From Anaerolineae bacterium (lineage in GTDB: Bacteria > Chloroflexota > Anaerolineae > UBA1429): a stretch of 64,000 nucleotides of DNA. A model generated the notes under the pieces. It searched no databases. It was given only the letters and a program-made list of their open reading frames with translations, and had not been told where the DNA came from. The position numbers were made by a program, and so were the translations under genes. Positions 56,532 through 64,000 of the stretch are shown here, in pieces. Each line of letters opens with the position of its first letter. The first letter of the stretch is position 1. The DNA lies in assembly GCA_963675785.1 (NCBI GenBank), contig OY776562.1, positions 2,560,001 to 2,624,000 on the forward strand, read 5' to 3'.

Positions 56532-57242
56532 ATGCCCTACAAGGACTTTTCGGAGCTCGTCCTCCATGAACAACGAGAGCAGAGCTTTGAGATATCGATC
56601 ATCGACCGCAATGAACAAATCACCATGGCCGCGGTACATGGAGGTCCCATTGAGGTACTAACAGATCTCCTCGCTGAGCTTGCCGCTGGCAAAATCTGCA
56701 ATTACTATGTTTTCAAAGCGACAGATCCAACCAAAGCCGAGTCTTTTCGCATCCCGGTAACACGGTTCAATGAACTCCGCCTCAAGAACCTCATGGAACG
56801 CTCGCGCACTACGGTGCATATTGATGGCATTCCCGGCAGTGCACTTTGCGTTGGGCTGGGAACGCCCGATGAAAATCTTGGAACTGCCATGACGACGAGT
56901 TTGCAAGAGGCCGGATTTGAGGTCGGTGGATTGTGGCACCCAGCCGATGTGTACGGTGGCTATCATTTCTTTTCCCACGGCCGTGATGCCAACGTGCAGA
57001 TCGAACTCTCTACAGCGCTACGTGAAACTCTCGTTGAGGGTGGAGATGACGGCAGGTTCATGCTCAACGAACGAGCCCAGGCACTCGCCTCTGCCATACT
57101 CTCTGGCGCACGCACCTATCTCATCAATCGCGATATGGATCTCACTAGAACGATGGCCTGGTTCGATGAAACAACTGATCAAGTAAAAAAGGCAATATTA
57201 AAAGACGGTGGTGACCAACACCATCATCATGAACACGCTTAG
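56532..57242 (+). CDS. Poly-gamma-glutamate hydrolase family (DUF867/YjqB-like) protein
   Basis: Y..F.EL N-terminus, HGGPIE..T, VQIELS..LR; His-rich tail HHHHEH. Confidence 0.7.
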   Translation: MPYKDFSELVLHEQREQSFEISIIDRNEQITMAAVHGGPIEVLTDLLAELAAGKICNYYVFKATDPTKAESFRIPVTRFNELRLKNLMERSRTTVHIDGIPGSALCVGLGTPDENLGTAMTTSLQEAGFEVGGLWHPADVYGGYHFFSHGRDANVQIELSTALRETLVEGGDDGRFMLNERAQALASAILSGARTYLINRDMDLTRTMAWFDETTDQVKKAILKDGGDQHHHHEHA

Positions 57243-57253
57243 GGGAGGATGCT

Positions 57254-60200
57254 TTGGTCTCGTTCGTTCATCTGCATGTTCATAGCGAGTATTCGTTGCT
57301 TGACGGCCTGGCAAAACTGCCCGACTTGTGTACTCGTGCCGCAGAAACCGGTATGCAAGCACTGGCACTGACGGATCACGGATCCATGTATGGCACCATC
57401 AAATTCTCGCATGCGGCAGAAGCAGCCGGCATCAAACCTCTCTATGGTTGCGAACTGTATGAGGCTCCCCGCGCCCGCTATGACAAAGAGGCCCAGGATC
57501 GCCGACCATATCACTTGGTTCTTATCGCTGAGAATCAGATCGGCTACAAGAACCTGCTCAAGCTTGTTTCTTTGGCCAACTTGGAAGGCTTTTATTATAA
57601 ACCGCGAATTGACCGCGAACTCCTCCAGCAATACTCGGAGGGGCTGATCTGTCTTTCAGCCTGTTTAGCTGGCAGGCTATCGCGCTTGGTCGCCGAGAAT
57701 CGCATGGATGATGCCAGAGAAGCCGTGACATGGTATCTGGATACTTTTGGCCGCGGCAATTTCTTTATCGAAGTGCAGCGCCATGCAGGTATCCCCGAGC
57801 AAGAACCCGTCAACCAAAAGTTATTCCAGCTTGCACAAGAATTTGACGTGCCTTGTGTGGCTACCGCAGATGTCCACTATGCCCATCGCGAGGATGCCAA
57901 GGCGCAAGAGCTCTTGTTGGCCATTCAAACGCAAACCACGATTAACGATCCCAACCGTATGCGTATGGGCGGCGATGACTTTTACTTGCTTTCTCCCGAG
58001 GAGATGAACGACCTCTGGCCCGATCACCCTGAGGTCTTAGCGAACACCAACCTCATCGCCGAACGCTGCAATGTTTCGGTGGGTTTTACCGAGTACCATC
58101 TGCCCAAGGTTGATGTGCCAGAGGGCTATACCGCAGAAGAGTATCTCCGAAAAAAGGCGTACGAGGGATTGGCCTGGCGATATGGTCAGGTTACGCCCGA
58201 GCTTGAACAGCGCATGGATTATGAGCTGGGTATCATCCACGGCATGGGTTTTGATGACTATTTTCTCATCAACATGGACCTCATGGACTGGGCCAAGAAT
58301 CGCGCCAAAATGCTCATCGGGCCGGGGCGCGGATCAGCATCCAACAGCATTGTGAGTTATTCGCTCAACATCACCGATCTTGACCCCATTGCCAACGGCC
58401 TCCTTTTTGAACGTTTCTTGAACCCCGGGCGCATCACCATGCCGGATATCGACCTCGACTATCCCGAAGACCGTCGCCAAGAGGTTATCGACTATCTCAG
58501 CCAGCGCTATGGTCAGGATAAAACGGCCCAGATCGCCACCTTTGGCACCCTGGCACCGCGCATGGCTATCCGTGATGTAGGCCGTGCCATGGGTATCGGC
58601 ATTGCTGAAGTAGACCACATCGCCAAAATGGTGCCTTCAGGCCCCAAAGTACACATCTCGGATGCGCTCAATGTGCCCGAGCTCAAAGCCGAATACGATA
58701 CCATCCCTTGGGTACATGAACTCATCGACTATTGCGCCAAAGTTGAGGGTGTTTCGCGTCATCTCTCTACCCACGCCGCTGGTGTGCTCATCACCGATGT
58801 GCCCCTCGTCGAATATTGCTCGGTGCAACAGGCACCGCGTGGAGAGGGTATCATCTCACAGTATTGCATGAGCGATGTCGAAGAAATAGGCCTACTGAAA
58901 CTTGATGTGCTGGGACTTTCCACACTGACTATCCTTGACCGCACATTTCGCTGGATTAAACGCACGGCGGGAGAGGAAGTCAACCAGCACTCTATTCCGC
59001 TTGATGATCCCGACACGTATGCCCTTTTATCCAGAGGCGAGACCGTTGGTGTGTTCCAGCTCGAAAGCGGAGGCATGACGCGTACCGTCAAAGAAATGCA
59101 GCCCACCGAGTTCTCTGACATTGTGGCCTTGTTGGCACTCTATCGCCCAGGCCCTATGGAGTTCATCCCTAACTACATCGCCCGCAAATACGGCCGTGAG
59201 TCAGTCGAATACCGACATCCTTCTCTGGAACCCCTCTTGAAAGAAACCTACGGCATCATCGTCTATCAGGAACAGATCATCAAAATCGCCTCAGAGCTGG
59301 CCGGTTACTCGCTGAGCGAAGCCGATTTGATGCGCCGGGCCGTGGGCAAGAAAAAGCTCAAAGCGCTAGAAGAGCAGCATAGCCAATTTGTCACGGGAAC
59401 GATACACAACGGCATCCCCAAAGAGGCTGCCGAAGCCATCTTTGCCGATATTGAAAAGTTTGCCAATTACGGCTTCCCCAAAGGACATGCGGCCGGCTAT
59501 GCCGTCATTACCCTGCAAACGGCCTATCTTAAAGCCCACTACCCTGCCCAGTTCCTCACAGGTATGCTCTCGGTCGAACGAGGCAATGCCGATAAGGTTG
59601 CCCTCTTTATCAACGAGTGCAAACGCATGGGTATCGCTGTTAGACCCCCGGACATCAATCTGTCTGAAGTAGATTTTTCGCTCGAACCCTTGAACATAAA
59701 TAACGGCCAGCACGTTAGCGAGCAAATACTCGCAGCTGCAGATACCTATGCTATCCGCTATGGTCTGGGGGGAATCAAAAATGTGGGGGATGGGCCTGCC
59801 GGTACTATCGTTGAAGCACGCGGAGATCAGCCCTTTGAAAGCATTGGCGATTTCGTAGAGCGCGTTGACCTCCGACAGGTGAACAAGCGCGTGCTCGAAT
59901 GCCTCGTACGCGCCGGTGCTTTTGACTCGTTGGGCAATCGATCCGCTATTCTCGCCGATATCGACAAAATCGTTGGCGAAAGCCAGCGCATCCATCGCAA
60001 TAAAGAGATCGGACAGCGCAGTTTATTCGACCTAGCCCCCGCAAGCGGCAACGCTGAGCTTTCTACCTTTACCCTGAGTGCAAACGTACCCGATCTCAGC
60101 AGGCGCCAACGACTGCAGGATGAAAAAGAGCTTTTGGGCGTGTACATGTCGGCTCATCCACTGGACGGGGTCCGAACACAAGACGGCGAGAACATGAACA

Positions 60201-60745
60201 ACTCGGCCGATATTGACGAGACCATGAAGGGAAACAAAGTCCGGTTGGTGGGGTTACTTTCTGCCATCAGAACCATTACAACAAAGAAGAATACGCGCAT
60301 GGCCTTTGCCCAGCTTGAGGATATGACGGGAATCATAGAACTCACATTTTTCCCGCGAACTTATGAAAGCTGCAAGGATGAATTGACCGAAGAGAGCGTG
60401 GTTGTGCTGGAAGGCAAAGTGGACGTCCGTAATGAAAAATGCCAGATCATCGTGGATACTCTGTCCAAGTACGAGGCAACCAGGCCAGGCAATGGCAAAA
60501 GCTCGGCAAACAGATTAACGCTACGTGTCCCACTATCAAGCAGGAACAACTCGGAAGTTCAACTCATCGATCATCTTGTGCACCTGTTTGAGAACAATGC
60601 TGGTGCAGTTCCCGTCGAGCTTACCTTTGAAAGCACGGAGGGAGCAGTGAAGATGCAAATGAACAGCGGCGGCGTAAATTTGACGGACCTGCTCACGGGT
60701 GAGCTGGTCCGCCTAATTGGTCGTGATAACTTTTCCATAGCCTGA
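57254..60745 (+). CDS. dnaE: DNA polymerase III alpha subunit
   Basis: PHP motif HLHVHSEYSLLDG, GPGRGS, FERFLNP.R..MPDIDLD, GLLKLD.LGL, C-terminal OB fold; TTG after GGGGAGG. Confidence 0.96.
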   Translation: MVSFVHLHVHSEYSLLDGLAKLPDLCTRAAETGMQALALTDHGSMYGTIKFSHAAEAAGIKPLYGCELYEAPRARYDKEAQDRRPYHLVLIAENQIGYKNLLKLVSLANLEGFYYKPRIDRELLQQYSEGLICLSACLAGRLSRLVAENRMDDAREAVTWYLDTFGRGNFFIEVQRHAGIPEQEPVNQKLFQLAQEFDVPCVATADVHYAHREDAKAQELLLAIQTQTTINDPNRMRMGGDDFYLLSPEEMNDLWPDHPEVLANTNLIAERCNVSVGFTEYHLPKVDVPEGYTAEEYLRKKAYEGLAWRYGQVTPELEQRMDYELGIIHGMGFDDYFLINMDLMDWAKNRAKMLIGPGRGSASNSIVSYSLNITDLDPIANGLLFERFLNPGRITMPDIDLDYPEDRRQEVIDYLSQRYGQDKTAQIATFGTLAPRMAIRDVGRAMGIGIAEVDHIAKMVPSGPKVHISDALNVPELKAEYDTIPWVHELIDYCAKVEGVSRHLSTHAAGVLITDVPLVEYCSVQQAPRGEGIISQYCMSDVEEIGLLKLDVLGLSTLTILDRTFRWIKRTAGEEVNQHSIPLDDPDTYALLSRGETVGVFQLESGGMTRTVKEMQPTEFSDIVALLALYRPGPMEFIPNYIARKYGRESVEYRHPSLEPLLKETYGIIVYQEQIIKIASELAGYSLSEADLMRRAVGKKKLKALEEQHSQFVTGTIHNGIPKEAAEAIFADIEKFANYGFPKGHAAGYAVITLQTAYLKAHYPAQFLTGMLSVERGNADKVALFINECKRMGIAVRPPDINLSEVDFSLEPLNINNGQHVSEQILAAADTYAIRYGLGGIKNVGDGPAGTIVEARGDQPFESIGDFVERVDLRQVNKRVLECLVRAGAFDSLGNRSAILADIDKIVGESQRIHRNKEIGQRSLFDLAPASGNAELSTFTLSANVPDLSRRQRLQDEKELLGVYMSAHPLDGVRTQDGENMNNSADIDETMKGNKVRLVGLLSAIRTITTKKNTRMAFAQLEDMTGIIELTFFPRTYESCKDELTEESVVVLEGKVDVRNEKCQIIVDTLSKYEATRPGNGKSSANRLTLRVPLSSRNNSEVQLIDHLVHLFENNAGAVPVELTFESTEGAVKMQMNSGGVNLTDLLTGELVRLIGRDNFSIA

Positions 60746-60753
60746 CGTATCTG

Positions 60754-61407
60754 CTAGATGCGCCTTATAACACCGATGAGGCGGCCCTGTATTTGTAGGT
60801 TAGCTGGATGAACATAGATCGGCGCCATATTGGGATTGGCCGGTTGGAGCCGAACAAGGTTCGTCCCTTTGTCCCAAAAGATCTGTTTTAGCGTTGTGGC
60901 TTTTTCATCATTCAGCCAGGCGGCTACCATATCGCCATTTTCGGCATTCTGTTGATACTGCATCAGCACGAGATCGCCATCATTGATCAAGGCATCGATC
61001 ATGGAAATACCGCGCACCCGAAGCGCGTAAACTTGATTGGCATCGCCAACCAATTCTTCGGGAACGGGAACAAGTTCCTGATTTTCATAGTCAGCATCTG
61101 GGATAGGGAGCGGCTCGCCAGCAGCGATAAAGCCTAACAACGGCACCATGGTCACATTCTCAGAGCCGCCCTGATCGTCGAGGGTTTCATCAATCAGTTT
61201 GAGGCCGCGCGAGACGTCGGGATCACGCATTAAGAAACCCTTGCGCTGTAGTACATCGAGGTTATAACTAACAACAGAGGTAGAAGAGATGCCGACTACT
61301 TCGCCAATCTGCCGCAAGGTAGGTGGATAACCCGTCTCGTCACAGAATTCGCGAATGGTTTCCAATATCTGACGCTGGCGTTCTGTAAGCCTCGGATGGT
61401 CTGACAT
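60754..61407 (-). CDS. lexA: SOS repressor LexA
   Basis: LTERQ..IL, GYPPT.R.I, IAAG cleavage site, G.SM catalytic Ser, ATTLK catalytic Lys, LQPAN; ATG 61407. Confidence 0.95.
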   Translation of the reverse strand: MSDHPRLTERQRQILETIREFCDETGYPPTLRQIGEVVGISSTSVVSYNLDVLQRKGFLMRDPDVSRGLKLIDETLDDQGGSENVTMVPLLGFIAAGEPLPIPDADYENQELVPVPEELVGDANQVYALRVRGISMIDALINDGDLVLMQYQQNAENGDMVAAWLNDEKATTLKQIFWDKGTNLVRLQPANPNMAPIYVHPANLQIQGRLIGVIRRI

Positions 61408-61434
61408 GGGCCCCTCTCTACATGATGTGGCCCA

Positions 61435-61463
61435 ATTATATGTGAACAAATGTTCTATGTCAA
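61435..61463 (-). promoter_or_regulatory. lexA promoter with SOS box in the spacer
   Basis: TTGACA-TAGAACATTTGTTCACA-TATAAT; GAAC-N4-GTTC at 61444-61455. Confidence 0.9.
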
Positions 61464-61508
61464 GGATTGCACAATAAACTCGTGCAGCATTGAAGGGAAT
61501 CCTCCACT

Positions 61509-62459
61509 ATGGCAAGTAGAGCCACTACGCCCCGCATCTCGGCCGTCTTTTGCAGTGCAAGATGCATCTTGCGTGATAGCGATATAGACCTCGACACTGC
61601 CCCAGAAAAGTGGGTGCTCGTTCCGGCTACGCTAGAAGCCGTGCGCTCTCTTGCTTCAGATTTTCGATTGCTTGTCCTCTTTGATGCCACAGCTGAAGGT
61701 TTGGCCAAGGATTCGCACAAAGCACTCGATGTGATTATCGAACAGGTAGAGGGTGCAGGCGGTCGTGTCGACGCGACAATCTCGTGTGCTTCTGTAGATG
61801 TGCCTACCTGGGGAGAAATCCCCTGGGCCTTGTGGCAAACAGCTGACGTGCTCTCTCTTGAACCCGAACGCTGCTATCTTCTTGCCGACGAACAAGAGGA
61901 TGTAAAGGCGGCTTATGCAGTCGGCATCCGGCCTATTATGGTGATGGGCGAACGAAACATCACCGAGCTTATGGGGCCAAGGCCTACTCACAAAGATTTC
62001 CCCGTAGCCACAGAGCTTACCAGTGCACTTAGTTACATTGCCACTGAAGATGAAATGACTAATCTACTCGGCCGTGTCCGCCAGATAGAGACGCCACAAC
62101 CACCGGAGGAAACCGCTCCTATAGAGATCGCAAGTGCACAATTCCTGCGGCTGACCAGCAGCAAGGCAAGAGATTTTCAGAGCCGGCTCAATAAATCAAA
62201 AACCCAGCTGCACGATTTAACGCGATGGCTTGCGTTCTTTGTACTCGGTGCAGCTGGGCTTAGTCTGGGTATCGCTTATCTATTAACACATCTTTACCGC
62301 GTGCAGCCGTTCCCAGATTTCGTCTATTATTTGACGCTGCAATTCATTCCGAGAATCTGGCGCGGTGTTCTATTTGTCGCCTGGGGCCTGGGTATCATCC
62401 TCCTGGCTCTGCGAAGCTATTTTCGTACTTCAGGCTTTCGCTTGCCCAAGCGCAAGTAA
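61509..62459 (+). CDS. Degenerate HAD/GmhB-like domain fused to two C-terminal TM helices
   Basis: GmhB-like fragments (GGRVD, CYLLAD...DVKAA..VG.RPI) but no DxD motif; hydrophobic C-terminus. Confidence 0.55.
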   Translation: MASRATTPRISAVFCSARCILRDSDIDLDTAPEKWVLVPATLEAVRSLASDFRLLVLFDATAEGLAKDSHKALDVIIEQVEGAGGRVDATISCASVDVPTWGEIPWALWQTADVLSLEPERCYLLADEQEDVKAAYAVGIRPIMVMGERNITELMGPRPTHKDFPVATELTSALSYIATEDEMTNLLGRVRQIETPQPPEETAPIEIASAQFLRLTSSKARDFQSRLNKSKTQLHDLTRWLAFFVLGAAGLSLGIAYLLTHLYRVQPFPDFVYYLTLQFIPRIWRGVLFVAWGLGIILLALRSYFRTSGFRLPKRK

Positions 62460-62473
62460 AACTAGCACAAGTC

Positions 62474-62845
62474 CTAATCGTCATCCTTGTTGACGCCGGT
62501 TAGCACACTCAGGATAAAGCTCGTCACGCTGATAACCAGCGAGGCCAAAATGGTGCTCCAAAATGAGGCTGTGCTTACGTCCATGCCGAATGCGTTGGCC
62601 AAGCGCACAGCAACCAACAAGGCGACTGCGTTGATGATGATCGTAAACAAGCCCAATGTCAGAATCATCAGCGGGCATGTGAGCGCCTTGAGCAGTGGCA
62701 CAATAAGTGCATTCACCAAGCCGAGAATCAGAGCAAAGAGCAAATAAGTGATCCAGTTTCCACCAAGATCAAAGGTGGGGATCACGGATACGGCCAGATA
62801 GACTGCCACAGCACTGATGATCCAGCGAAGAATGGCCTTCCTCAT
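62474..62845 (-). CDS. YvlD/DUF360 4-TM phage-holin-like membrane protein
   Basis: LGLVNA.I.P.L..LT.P..ILTLGLF..IINA signature. Confidence 0.88.
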   Translation of the reverse strand: MRKAILRWIISAVAVYLAVSVIPTFDLGGNWITYLLFALILGLVNALIVPLLKALTCPLMILTLGLFTIIINAVALLVAVRLANAFGMDVSTASFWSTILASLVISVTSFILSVLTGVNKDDD

Positions 62846-62863
62846 TTCATTTTCCTCCCCTAC

Positions 62864-63226
62864 TCATTCAACGAATATTTCGATATATTCACGCTCGGCG
62901 TCATCCGTTGCGTCAAAAACACGACCAAGATGCCCTGCGCGAGCCTGTTCGAGCACATGTTCAAGATCGAACCGCGCGCCATCAGGTACATAACGTGCAC
63001 CAAGTCTCGCCCCAACCGAAACCAAGTCTATGGGCAAGCGAATGCTGATACGTTCCTTACCCGTATCCAATTCCGTGATGCGCACAATGAACCATCGTGC
63101 TCCCGGCAACTCCTCTTGAGTGGGAACTTGATCTTCCGCTTCCATCAAGCGCAGGGCTTCTTCCGGAATCAGTTTGCCTTCTTGTACGCTTTTAAGAATC
63201 GCCAACTTTTCACTTTGCTCAATCAT
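62864..63226 (-). CDS. YvlB/SHOCT-like N-terminal domain protein
   Basis: EKLAILKSVQEGKLIPEEALRLMEA, RWF.VRI, ISIRLP, IEIFVE. Confidence 0.7.
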   Translation of the reverse strand: MIEQSEKLAILKSVQEGKLIPEEALRLMEAEDQVPTQEELPGARWFIVRITELDTGKERISIRLPIDLVSVGARLGARYVPDGARFDLEHVLEQARAGHLGRVFDATDDAEREYIEIFVE

Positions 63227-64000
63227 ATGATCACTTTTTCCGATTCATTGAGCACGAGTGCCATCTCATCCAAAATACGAAGCGGCCTCATCCCAAGTAC
63301 ACACGCAACCTCAAACGCCTCGCGGTGAGACGAAGAAATCAACATATTGATGGCCCGCTTTTGCACTTGCTGTGCAGACGCAAACAATGAATACAAAAGC
63401 TCATGCTCCACCAAGCCTCTGGCTTCCGGCAGAACCCGAATCTCGGCCTGATTGGGCCCATGGCCCGTGCGCAATCGCACTATCCCATAGCCCATCGTCT
63501 GGCCGTTATGCCGCACTGAACGCTCAACCAGCTGTTGTCCTTCTAACATGAATGCTATACGTGTGCCAAAGGAAAAAGGTGCTCCAAGCTGACTGGGCGA
63601 GCCTTGCTCATACAAACGTTTTACTGCCTTGCGATCCCATAACCAAGTGTGGTGAACATTAAAAGTGTTGCGACGCGCCTCAAACTTGTCTGTAGGGGGC
63701 AGTTGGAGTTCATGCCAACTTCGCTTGAGCATAAACCCCCGGCGTCCATACATTTCACGGGCAAGTTCATTGTCATGCCGAACTTGCAGTGTAATAGCAC
63801 TGCCGTTGGCACGAATGACATATTCGATGGCTACGTCAACAAGCCTACCACCAATGCCCCTGCCCCGATATTCGGGAAGCACAGCGACATTGCTCATCGT
63901 CCAAATACGCCGGACACTGTCTCGATTCAGGCTGACATTTCCAACGACTCGATCCTCATCTATCCACACAAAGCCGATAAACGGAGAAAGCAGATTGGCC
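63223..64000 (-). CDS. GNAT family N-acetyltransferase (5' end outside the window)
   Basis: NVAVLPEYRGRGIG motif A and N..A..MY...GF motif B; frame stays open to the window edge. Confidence 0.8.
   Translation of the reverse strand, partial: ANLLSPFIGFVWIDEDRVVGNVSLNRDSVRRIWTMSNVAVLPEYRGRGIGGRLVDVAIEYVIRANGSAITLQVRHDNELAREMYGRRGFMLKRSWHELQLPPTDKFEARRNTFNVHHTWLWDRKAVKRLYEQGSPSQLGAPFSFGTRIAFMLEGQQLVERSVRHNGQTMGYGIVRLRTGHGPNQAEIRVLPEARGLVEHELLYSLFASAQQVQKRAINMLISSSHREAFEVACVLGMRPLRILDEMALVLNESEKVII

Noticed and set aside
57254-61407. dnaE next to lexA as an imuAB-dnaE2 mutagenesis cassette
   Set aside because: The genes are convergent, imuA/imuB are absent, and DnaE has a full PHP domain and C-terminus with no SRDF tail, although it does carry a YGFPKGH variant motif.
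62474-62845. Holin-like gene as evidence of a prophage
   Set aside because: No integrase, structural or lysis genes; this family is common in host chromosomes.
1-64000. CRISPR arrays, tRNA/rRNA genes, IS elements, inteins in DnaE
   Set aside because: No regularly spaced repeats, cloverleaf or rRNA signatures, or transposase motifs seen by eye; DnaE length (1163 aa) leaves no room for an intein.

Overview
Gene-dense bacterial chromosomal segment of roughly 55-60% GC (judged by eye). It is probably from an anaerobic Chloroflexota-like or Gram-positive-type organism; this is an inference from the GAAC-N4-GTTC LexA boxes, the short S1 paralog and the gene repertoire. I saw no rRNA, tRNA, CRISPR array or transposase. 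Contents in order: a GT2-rbsK-acoX-like-lpdA operon; a LexA-boxed YprB/MrfB-like exonuclease; an ~18 kb minus-strand carbohydrate uptake and degradation region (YesU, YetA-like lyase, cupin, an Opp-family ABC system with three OppB copies and no binding protein, B12 radical SAM, Gfo/Idh/MocA oxidoreductase, a sulfatase-fold protein with a rewired active site, DUF3604 hydrolase); a HerA-like ATPase; an anSME-led sugar-phosphate operon plus a PPi-type PFK; a 1486-aa Ig-repeat surface protein; ftsK; an rpsA paralog; argC-argB-argD-GNAT-argG-argH; amrS; nfo; trxA-FmdB-CsoR family; dnaE; lexA. Most notable: (1) a complete classical leader-peptide attenuator with Arg codons ahead of the arg operon, (2) the same promoter-uORF-terminator layout ahead of the ABC operon and the rpsA paralog, (3) a sulfatase-fold enzyme with TxPxM replacing CxPxR, (4) a possible UGA/SECIS selenocysteine extension of the FmdB protein, (5) three separately promoted OppB paralogs serving one transporter core. 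All functional calls come from motif recognition by eye; no database searches were run.
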